Shown here one piece after another: positions 51,601 to 63,600 of a DNA stretch of 64,000 nucleotides. The notes under the pieces were generated by a model. The model ran no database searches and had not been told where the DNA came from. It saw nothing but the letters and a program-made list of their open reading frames with translations. The DNA is taken from positions 3,720,001 to 3,784,000 of the forward strand of contig CM119375.1 of assembly GCA_051294905.1 (NCBI GenBank), given 5' to 3'. The translations under genes and the position numbers were made by a program. The stretch is from Botryllus schlosseri (lineage: Eukaryota). The first letter of the stretch is position 1. Every line of letters begins with the position of its first letter.

Positions 51601-54600
51601 CATTATTTTGCTGCTGGGTTCTACTTGAAGCAAAACGTTGAAATTGGCTTCCAATACTCACTTAACGGCTCTTTGATCACGATGGCGTCCTTGGTCTCAA
51701 GTCCAGACCCCACGCCGAGCATGTTCTCGGCTGAAACCCGGAACAAATAAGACTCGCCTCGAGTCAGCCCTTGTACGAGAGTAGACGTTCTAGTCAAAGT
51801 CATAGACACTTTAGTCCATGATCGTCTAGACAATTCACGTTTTTCTACGACGTAGTTAGTGATCACTGATCCACCGTCATCTGTAGGGGGTTGCCAAGAT
51901 AGAGACACAGAATCGTGGGTTGCGTTTTCGCATTTCATGTCAGAACATAGTCCTGGTATGTCTTGCACTAAAACGGAAACGTCAAAGCGCTTTTCTCCTG
52001 CGGCGTTCTGAGCCAGTATTGAATATTTTCCGGAATGGGCACGGCTGCACTCTTTGATGACGAGTGTGTTGCTTATCGACGAACGTTCGATAACTGCTTC
52101 TGATGGAACATCGTCATCTAAAAAACATAACAAGAGAGGTGGTAAGTCATGAAATATGTCTGGTCCGCAAAATACAATAGAATTTTATATTGCAATTCCA
52201 AGATGAAAGAATTTGGACGAATGTCCATGAATTAAATAAATAAAACATCAAATTTTAGTTAGATTCAGAACTTTTGAATGTAGTTTCCTGCGAGGTGTCG
52301 TAATATTAGTTCATGGTGTAATTTGCTCACAATTCAAGTCATTTTCAATTCACCACCGAGTCAATTCCAATCAGCTAGTAGAGGGTCGAGTTCGAGTCGT
52401 AGCGTTTTTGACTCGAATCCGAGTCCAAGTCATTACTTTCACTGTTCAGTTTTTAGTTCAATGTACTTCAACCCACTTTTTTAAACTCTGCTTGAGTGAC
52501 ACAGAATGGCTCACATTCGTAATATAGTAAATTTCCTCGGTCTTAACAGTTTCTGGCCCTATCTTCCAAGTATTGGGACTGATAGACAGAATACCAATAA
52601 TGTGATCACTTAAATAGTCTTCGATGTTATAATGAAATGTCTGTCTATATCTGTCTTTGCCGTCTTAGTATCGAGTCATATGACTTGGTTCGAGTCATGC
52701 GCAATGACTCGAGTTGAGTTGACCCACCCCAAACTGCTAAAAATATGCGACCCATTGAACAAATCTACTTCTACAAACTACTTATTTGAGAAATTGTCAG
52801 ACCTTTCATGCATTATTATTTGAGTAAAAATTGTCAGAGCTACCTCTACTTCTACCTGATTACCAATCCCCCACTACTTTTAACGCTTTGGAGGAGTATT
52901 TATAACTCACCATCCTTTCTCCAAGATATTTCAGGCTCCGGTCTCCCTTTGATGTAAACATATATCCTTACCACACCTCCGGCACGGAACACAAGCTGGT
53001 CTTTCACAGACGCGTCCAAGTCGATTTCAGGCATTTCTGTAATCACAAGTCTTATATCATCCAGTCAAAATCTGACACAGACACACCAAGGAGTTACCGA
53101 TTTTATCCTTAATGTTGATAACGCCCGGGACTTCGCCAGGTTGCCCAGGGCCGGCAGAGTTAATGGCCGTCACTCTGAACCGGTAATTTCCGCCTTCTTT
53201 CAAATTTTCAACCAGATATTCCGTCGAACGTATTTCTTGAGGAGAGACTGTGCTCCAATCATCACTGCCTTCTTCTTGTAGTTCTACGGAGTAGTTTTTG
53301 ATCTTGGAACCGCCGTCAGAAATGGGCGGCGTCCATGACAGAGAGGCTGAGTTTTTAGTCGTGTCGTTCACACTCGGCACGGGAATACCAGGTGATGCTG
53401 CATGTATGGAAAATGTTACATATGCGAAATTTATGTTGAAAAATCGGTACCAGTGTAGTTTTTTGTCTACGTCGAGGAGTATTCCTAGTGACAATCGTCG
53501 ATTAGCGTTCCCCGTGAACATCAATGTTATGATTACGAACTGTGTTCACCGCGAAACTCAATATATGCATGCCGTAGACGAAATGTTTATAATTTGTAAC
53601 AAACTTTGATATATTCATGGTGAACGCTGATCGTCACCGGGAACACCTCTCGATGTTGATAAGAAAGAACTTTGTACAAAAAAATTCAACTATTACCAAT
53701 CGGTACTCTTGCCATAACAGATTTGGTCGGTTCTGAGAATTTTCCTTGTCCTGCGGCGTTGATAGCTGCGACGCGGTACGTATATTCCTGCCCTTCTTGC
53801 AAGCCACGTATGCGGTATTGCGTTCCGGCTATCGTGTCATTGGACACTTGACTCCATTTTCTGCTGATGCGAGATTTCTTCTCCAGCATGTAACCGGTGA
53901 TTGGCGCACCGCCATCGTTTTCTGGTTCGTCCCAGGACACAGTCATAGCGTCCTTGCTCACGTCGGTGACTTCCAAATTTTCAGGAATTCCAGGCAAGTC
54001 ATACGGATCCTTTGCTTCGACTTCGTCTGTCACGCCCCATTCGCTTTTACCGAGGCTATTCACTGCCCTGTAACGTAATTTCAAAAATAGTATCGTCGTA
54101 TTTTTAATATCAAAGTGGATTTATCACATGATTTGGCATCTTAGGCACTGGCAATGTTTTTTTCAATGAACTACAGAGGCCCTGTCGATGGAAAATGTCA
54201 CAAACTTAGAATTGCTAAGTTATAATATCAGCATTTACAATGCACATATTGTCAACATACCAACAGAATTTGAAAATTAATCCGATGGTCAATTTGAAAA
54301 GCAGTATCGAAAAGTATTGATTTCATTCTCATAGTAGCTTTTTTATGTATATTTGATGATAAAAGCGTTTACTACACTACATATTAACAGCATAGTGTTG
54401 ATAATATGAAATTTGTTTCCACGTACATTATATATTATGCCGCAAATGTTGTATCATGGATTGATTTGCGAATATTTCATGATGTATACAAAATGAACAG
54501 TACTGCTGCCCACCGTCCCTACTAACATGACCAATTACGCAATGCAAAAACAAATTGTTTGTGATTTCATTGCGGAATAGAGTTTAATTTGAAAATCTGA

Positions 54601-57600
54601 TTTTTTATCAATCATACTGCTTCAAAGTACATTTTGCACTCATTTTTTTGTGTGTGAACGGAATCCTACATGTATTTTCAAGTCACACCCCCCTCCAATT
54701 TTTTTTCATCTGTAACTTTTTTTCCTTCGGTTTAGAGCGAAAAAGTTAATTTTTTTAAATTCCTAGGCCTAGAATTGTATAATTAGACATTTTAATTGAT
54801 TCTCCACCATCATTAAAGCAAAAAATATGGATGTTAGAGATTTTTGCATGCAGCGCCACCTAGTAGGAAGAGAATTTTGCATCGCTTTATCTTTTGAACC
54901 GCTGGAAATTTTTCAATTTAATATTTTGTAATGTACCTAGAATTCAAAAAAAAAAAGAACAGCATTTGTAAATATTGGACAATTCTGAGGGTATGCATTA
55001 CAGATGTCAAAAAATTTGCTAAATTATAATGGAACGAGTCCTTATGGATTTATTTACTAATTCATTTCTTTTTCTCGGAAACTGCCAACACTGAGTGTAC
55101 TCTACGAGAGGTGACGGTGTATTGAGGCCACGTCGTCTTCTTGCCATATTCAGTGGTTTTACAGAAAAAATTATTCTAGCCTTATACACAGATCATATTG
55201 TGCAAATAAGTCTAGCATTGTTAAACCAAATTTTCAATAACTTTTGTCCAATCAGGTAGCTCATGTCGATTACATCTTAAGAACTACTACATATAATGCA
55301 TTTTGGCTGGTAAAATGAAACGGTTACCTTAATATACCATTTAAATACAGAACAATTCAGCATTACCTTATTCTGTAGGTATATTTCTTTCCTTTCTTGA
55401 CAGCGGTATCATTGTATCTCAAGTCTTTGATATCGCCAACGGCAAGCCAGTAGTCGCGGCCAGCTTCTTGTCTCTCGACAATGTAATGGCTGATACGACT
55501 GCCGCCGTCGTCTTTCGGCATATTCCATGACAACACCAGGCTGTTTGAGGTTACTGAGGAAAAGGTGTAAGGCTTCTCGGGCTCGTTTGGCTTCCCTAAA
55601 AAAGGTAGGAAGGTCATTGAATTCACAAATGTGAAGTATTGCAGCAATGTTCTGCATGTGTGACACAAAATTACAGCATACAAAGATTTAGAACAGGAGG
55701 TGATCAAAGTAGCCGGCGATGGTACTTGAGTGGAAGTAGATACTCCAACACAAATAGAAGTAGCTATTCTAAAACATACCGAAACTATTTCAAGGGCAAG
55801 AAAATAATGGAAGTCTTTTAGGGTTCTAGGTTTCCGAAAGTAAATTTCATTGATAAAATCACATACTTTAAGCAGTTAGTCGAAGTCAGTTTCTTAGGAA
55901 TTGTAGGAAGCTACTTCACGACTTACACTAAACGAAAGAAGTAAGGTACATTTTCAAAAATATGTTCCGTTACTGTGATAAAGAAGAGTTTCACTCAGTT
56001 GTTGACAATCCCACTCATTAAAGTTATGCAAACATACCCCACTCTCATACTTTCTACATTACACAATCTACAATTTAAAAATCAAGTAGTTTCGCATAAA
56101 CATCTGTGAAGTTGAAGTAGGATTAGTCAGCACTACATTGTTACCGAAAGATTTTGCCTCGGTACCTAGAATGCTGACTTTGATGTTTTTGGAGGCTTGC
56201 CCGGCAGTATTTTTGGCAATAACTTGATACACGCCACAATCCTCTCTTGTGGCTGATTGTATTATCAAGTTGGTGGATACGTCAGAAGTGTTGATGGAGA
56301 CCCTATCAGATTCTTCGATATTCTTCTCGTCCAAAACCCACGTCAGGGACGGCGTGGGCTTTCCTTTGTACTTGGCGAATAAATCGATCACAGACCCGAC
56401 TTCCAGCTCCTTGAATTCAACCGTCTCGACAGTCGGAAACACTGTAACATGAAATGGTGTCAGAGAGATAAACTTTTATTTTTATCCAATAGAACTATGT
56501 ACCGTACAAACGGCAAGAATATTGACACATAAAAAATGCAACCACAGTATTCGACACAAAATTGAAATGATCATTACAACCAACGAGTCTAATCACAAAT
56601 ATGGTAATTATATAGTATTTGCATTATGTACAGTAGTTTATATAATTTCAAGGCTAATTTAAAGCCACAAGTATATAAAATTGGGAGAAAAATCTGGACT
56701 ACGCATGGCAACAGTGTCAAATTATATTAAGTGCCTCTTTTTAACCCTATCGTAGAGCAAATGGATGGATATTGTGGTAGCGTACACCAAATTATAGGTC
56801 CCGAGTATTCAATAGAACTCTAAATTGGCTTACTGTTACGTGGGGAAAGAAGATATTTATTTCTCTTCGCCGTGGAAGAGTGAAACCCTGAACATTATTA
56901 GCAGGAGTAAAAAACATCACCAAACACATTAAGCAAACTATTTGAAAAATATTTACGTATAACTTCTCACTCTTCGGAAGAAATATAGGAATATAGATAT
57001 AAACTAACATATAAAAATACACATATTTAAACTACATATCCTCGAAATGGAATCAAAGTGACTTATGTCCAGTTTTCAAACTTTTACGGTCTATTTTTAA
57101 AACTTGAAAAAATTGAGTTTTCGAAAAATTTTCACTTTTTTTCAGCTGTACCTTGGCCATGGCTATGTCTGTTTCATTATTTCAAACTTAATAAGGGCCA
57201 ATATATGGATGAAAGAAGATGAAAACTTTACCTGAAGTCAATTTACTAAAAATGTGTAAAATGGACATGGGTCACTTTGATTCCACTATACTACTATATA
57301 GAAATTAACTAGCCAACACACCGATTTCATCTTTGCAATCGACAGGTCCAACTGCATTTGAAGGTCTGCTGTTTCCAGCTTCATTCACAGCAATTACTCT
57401 CAATGTTGGTTTTTCATTCTTCAATCCACCGACCGTATAACTCGTATTTTTAACATCGTTTAAATTGCAACGTGTCCATTTGTCAACAGTTTTCCCATCT
57501 ACATCTTCACGACATAATTTCTCAACTATATACGTCAAGAGAGGTAAATTTCCAAGATTTTGTGGAGCGTTCCACTTCAAGGAAACGCTGGCTGCCGTCA

Positions 57601-60600
57601 CACTGTCCACACGTAAATAAGACGGTGGGTCGGGTACTGATACTGGGTCTCGAATAAGCGTGGACTCTTCTGTCGTGCATGGAGGACCTTGACCTGAGGC
57701 ATTAACAGCGCTGACTCGGAAAAAGAACTTGTATCCTTCAAGTAAATCGCTTATGGTGCATTGCGTGCCGGACATTGATGCATCGACCTAGATAGAAAAA
57801 AGAGAATTTTATTTAAAAAATTGCTGGTCTTATTGTGAAATGTAGACCTATGTTTCATTTGAGAGTCCTGGAATCCTAAATTATTCAGTTGACCAAGCCA
57901 ATTTTATGCAAACAAAAAGTCTTTATGCATGAATTACACATCTTCCATTGTTTTGCGTTATTTTGTGTATTGGCTGTTGTTTTTATACATTCAGAGTTGC
58001 AATTAGCCTCGTTACAAAGCAGATTACATGGTCTGTAACTCTGATTGTTACGTCATACTTTTTCATACTGGTTTTACTTTTGAATCTCTTTGAATCCATT
58101 TAGTTCCCAGATAACAAATGGTTGCAATGCTAATAATACAGAGGTGCATGTTTTCTTATAACTTTGGATACATCAAAACAGATACTTTTGATTGAAATAT
58201 AACCAATTCACTACGTAAGCGTAAACATATTAAGATTGGACACTGAAAAAATATTCAATTTCCTTGCCTTGATCCACGCTCGGCCATCATTCCTCCGTTT
58301 TTCAACAATGTATTTCTGAACCTTCGAACCTCCATCATTAAGAGGCGGCGTCCAATCAAGCCGTGCGGTACGTTTCGTAACATGCGACACTACCAAGTCC
58401 TGCGGTGGTCCTGGAGTATCTGTGGTAAGGAAACAAATACAATGATAGAATAAAATCTAATGAAATATACTCACATTGCTTCCAACTATACAAATATATA
58501 ATTTAAAAATACCTTTTACAATGACTCTGCAGCTCGCATTTCTGCTGCCACCAAGATTTTTGCAAACAATCGTGTATTTCCCCGAATGATCTCGCGTGCA
58601 CTCCGGTATTAACAGCACTGACTTATTTTCTGTATTTTCAATCGAACATTTCCGATCAACCGGTTGTTTCTCTCCCATTTCCCATTTGATCTAATGCACA
58701 GAATGAAACTTTATTACTACAAACATCCGAAAGCATACGCAGCACTTTAAGGAGGCACTCAACTTCGATATACAATTGAATATTATATTCATATTGAAAT
58801 ATGTTTGAATATTTTCAGCTGAAACTCGTCAGCAACTAGTAGAGAATTCAAAAGAACGACTATTGATATACAAAGTACTATTAGTTGTTGATATAATAGT
58901 TCCTGGCGATTAATCCCGATGTACGCCAGTCAAAAATATTTGGATTTATTTCAATATGAATACATTATTTGATCGCACTTATAAAAAGAAATATATATTT
59001 CAAATAAAAAGGTGCTGTACTTCTGGCGGTGGTCTTGCTCTGATGTTGGCTACAATTTTACATGTAGTGCCTGCCTTCGCTTCAATCACATTTTGAGCCC
59101 CGATTTCCAACGTAATCACAGGAGGCTCTGAAGTGGAAATATTGACATTCAACATCAAATTTATCATCCAAATTCCAGCTAAGATTGACACACCGATCTT
59201 ATCCTTGACCTCCACATCTTTGGAAGTAGATGATGGCTGACTTTTGCCGGCTCTGTTTACGGCTGTGACTCTAAATTGATAGCGCAACCCCGTTTTTAGA
59301 TCTGGGATCACAATTTCCGTTTTAGATATCAACTCTTGGTCTTCTATTACGGCCTCGTTCCATTGTAAGCATACCTAGGTAGACACAAAATTATTTTTAT
59401 TCACTGTGATGTAAATCAAATTGAAAAATTCTGACTTCATCAAGTGCTTCTACTCTGTAACCCAGCACAGGTGCCCCGCCATCGCTTTTAGGCGGTGTCC
59501 ATGATAATGAAACGGTATGCGCCGTAACATCAATGATATCTGGTGTGCCGGGCTGGCTCGGTGGAAAGATTGGATCTTCCGCGCATTCTGGTTCAGATTC
59601 TGTGGACCAAGGACCGATTCCAGCTTTGTTGACGGCACTGACTCGGAATTGGTAAGAGAGATTCTCCTTCAGTTGGGCAACCTACAAAAACACATAACTT
59701 AGTCTAATACAGTGGTTCTCAGACTCCAAATACTTTACAAGTTCATTCTAATTTGCAAAATGTAACAGCTGGAAGTATATTCCATGAATTATAGAAATGA
59801 AACCTCAAGCCTTGAACCAAATTAGAAATTTGGATAGTTATCTTGAAACCATTCTAACGTTATATAGAGTTCATGGTGCATCGACATATCCTACACCAAA
59901 ATGCTGTGAGATTAAAAGATATATTTATTCACGAATATTTACCTCAAAGTAAATAGTGGCGATAGGAATAGGACACTATATAGTTCAGTCCTTGATGTTT
60001 CGCGGCATATACACCGACTCATGATGTACATACACACTATCAGTGCATATGCATAGCTGGACAAGCAAGGTGCAGTTATAATCTTGTAAGGCTTTCTAAA
60101 TCTTGCATCATCCCTCCGTGCTATCCCAATAGAAATGCGATAATCATGTACGAATACATTCATTTTTTACATTCATACACTAACAGCTTCAACTGTTAAG
60201 GGGTACCTTGTAGGAACAATCTCTAGCCGGTATCGACGATTTCGAAACTTTTCTCCATTTACTGGATTCGACTTCCTTCATTTCAAGCCAATAGCTCTCA
60301 ATAACCGCCCCGCCATCGCTGGCAGGCGGACTCCAAGTTACTAGCATGGAAGACTTGTTCGTGTCGGACACTTCGGGTGTGAAAGGCGGTCCAGGGAGAT
60401 CTACAATGAACAAATTGTTCAGATTACTGAACAATTTCAGAACTTCTAATTTTGAACATACCATATGGATCTTTAGCCATTACAGGTTCGGATATACCAT
60501 GAGCCCCAACCCCGTACTTGTTTTCGGCGGCGACTCGGAAACGATAAGTACTATTCCTTGTTAACTTAGTCACTCTATAATTGCAGTAAACCACATTAGA

Positions 60601-63600
60601 CATCACATAAAACTTGAGAATAATAACTCAGATACCTATACTTTGTGTCGATAACTGAGTTAGTCAAAGGCCCCCAATTGTCATTCTCGCAATCGCTTTT
60701 TTCAACAACATAGTTCATGATGTCAGCTCCACCGTTATCCAATGGAGGTTGCCATGTTACCACAAGACTTTCTGCGGTCACTTTTTCTGCGTTTACATGC
60801 TGTGGGGAGGATGGCGTATCTGTAATATTGCGTTAGATTAGCATAAAAATTCACGAAAAGTGCTACAGTGCAAGCCGTACCGTAGACTTCTACATCAATC
60901 TTTGCCGTTTTGCTGCCTATGGGATTGGTGGCTGTGACATGATATATTCCACGATCATTTCTGATGCATTTTGGTATTAAAAGAGATGCTTCTTTCTCTG
61001 TGTCCAGATATGTGTTATAAGAACGACTATGATGCTATTTCTTGATGAATCTTAGTTTACCGTTGCGTGTCAATTTGACATTGTCGCTTTCCGAAATTTC
61101 AGAATCATCATCTTTCTTCCATTGCAGCTCAGGTGCAGGGACTCCATACACAGTGGCGGGTAAGTTCAACGCGTCACCAGCTCTAACTTGAAGTATGCCT
61201 TTGATTCCCACTTGAAGAGAGACTTCTGGTGCAGCTGCAAAGATAGATATGTAGTATTATCGGTGTGTATATATGAATAGATGTATGAATATGATATATC
61301 TATACGTAATATACATCATGATATATGAATATGCATGTGAATAGCATGCCTTACACACGTATATCTGAATTTTACATCTGTAAATAATGTTATTTCTATA
61401 GAAACATGAAGCTAAATGAGACTCTAAACCAATATTCGCAATTTTGGTAAGACTCTGTCGCAATCCATTGAGTGGAAAGTAATTCAAAGGATTGATGTCA
61501 TGTTATGTAGTCTCAACACAATTGATTCATTAATGCATCTCTGATAAAACTATAAAATCACGTTAAGTTTTCCAGTACCATCTGGCTCCTTGCATTCTGT
61601 CAATGGAGTCTGTGCTGCTTCTCCCGGTCCAACACTATTGACCGCTTTCACTTGAACGATATAGTTCACGCCGGTGGTTAGTGCATCAACAACATATTTC
61701 AACACGTCAATAGGTTTCCTGGATAAAAAAAATTGAGTTAAATACATAATAATATACATCACATGTCAATGAGTCTTGCATTTCAATAACCTTACGCAAT
61801 ATCAATGAAACTGTTTGTAGAGACATAAGAAATATCGTTATTATCATCATTTTAATCATTATATTACTTATCATCAGTCCTAACAATCAGAAAACACTCA
61901 CTCATTGCATTGCACCCAATCTTCCGAATCTTCCATTTGATATTCAATAGTGTAGCCAATAATTTTCTTCCCTCCATTAGTTCTTGGTGGCGCCCATCTC
62001 AACTCAATTGAAGTGTCCTTTTTATCCACTATACGAAGACTTTCAGGCCGACCAGGCACATCTGTACAATAAATAAGTGAAACCATATAGTTTTCAAGAG
62101 AAGCTTTCTATACCTAAATCGTGTTTATATGACATCTTTAAATAAATGAAAAAATGATAAAAATACATACCAATTGGATCTTGACACAGAACTGAAGGAC
62201 ATTCTACCCAGGGTCCTTTGCCCATTGCATTTTCTGCACAAACTCTAAACGCATAGCTTGCAGCCTCATGGACATTGGTAACATCCATGTTGAACTATTG
62301 GGAGATAAAATACATTTCATAAAAGACTTGAGAATAAATGAGATTGAGCTACCTTTTCCACTGAGCCCACACTAAGCCACGCCTTCATCGTGATGTCACG
62401 TTTCTCAACGTGATATTTCTTTATTGGTCTTCCGCCGTCGTCCAAAGGTGACCTCCATTTTAATCCGATCATCGATTTAGTTACTGCGCCGGTCTTGAAT
62501 TCCTGTAGAAAAGATGGTTTGAGAACCTTCAAAGCTGCAGCTACCGGATGGATACATTTTGAAATATATTTTTATTAAAATTGTAAAATCAATTCAAAAA
62601 CACCAAAATATTGCAGCAATGTATTGTTCCTACCTAGGTCACAACATCGAAATACTAGGATTGTACACAAAATTATAAAACGGCAATCCAATATTAAATT
62701 CAATTTTGTGATCTGATGCTCATAATTACATGGAAATAGTCTGAAAACATCAAAAGATTGGTGAATTGATTAACGCCTACCTAAATCTCAACGTCAAAAT
62801 ATGATTCTTCGGTCTAAAGGTATATAACAGTAATCCAACACTAAACTCAAATCTTGTGATTCGATACTCCCAATTCAATGGAGTGCTAATATCATTTCAG
62901 CAAATTATTGAGCCTTGGAACAATTTTCCTTACCACAACTTCCCCAGGAACATCGAGAACGTTGACCGTACAAGTCACGAATTTAGAGCCAGAAGAATTT
63001 TTTGCCGTGACTTTATATTCGCCCCAGTCCGACCGCTTGCACTTCCGGACTGTGACTGTACTTCCTGTCAAATGTAACCAATATTAGCTGTGTCACGACA
63101 AAACTGATACCAGACACCTACCGTCTTCAGTTTTCTTTACAAAAGCGCGATCCGAAAGTTCTTCTCCCAATCCTTTAGTCCAAGTAATGTCAGGGTACGG
63201 TCTGCCGGTTACGATCGCCGGAATTTCGAATGTCTTCCCGGCGTCTACAGTTACGCCGTTCATCACAGATGCGTCCAAATCAACAGTGGGTGCCACTACG
63301 TTTAAAAGAATCATCATTATTGAAGTGGCCTTGTTATCAGGTGCATATGCAGACGAACCTCCGTTCATCATATTGAATTAGTTTAAGCAGAGTGACTAGA
63401 TGATTAACTAGCACAACACTTGTATAACAGTAACAGAATGTCTATAATTTTAGTATATGATATTTGGAATACTATTTTCAAAGATTCTATCTAAATGTAG
63501 CCACGTTAGTCACTTTGCGCTGGTCGCGAAGATGCATTTTGCGATCTCATAAGTAGCCAACTCTGACAACCTGATCAAAGTGTGCAAACCCACGACCTGC

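Noticed and set aside
54600-55060. Probable old transposon remnants (also ~29260-29520, ~31290-31660, ~37530-37790)
   Set aside because: The composition looks TE-like, but there are no terminal repeats or second copies in the window to support a call.
60401-60880. Three consecutive introns of exactly 61 nt
   Set aside because: Their sequences are unrelated; 61 nt is simply the mode of the minimal-intron peak.
1278-63381. Many plus-strand ORFs of 60-140 aa (e.g. 1278-1688, 17840-18247, 19320-19694, 42696-43055)
   Set aside because: They overlay titin exons on the opposite strand and are antisense shadows of its codon usage; no recognisable domains or independent splice structure.
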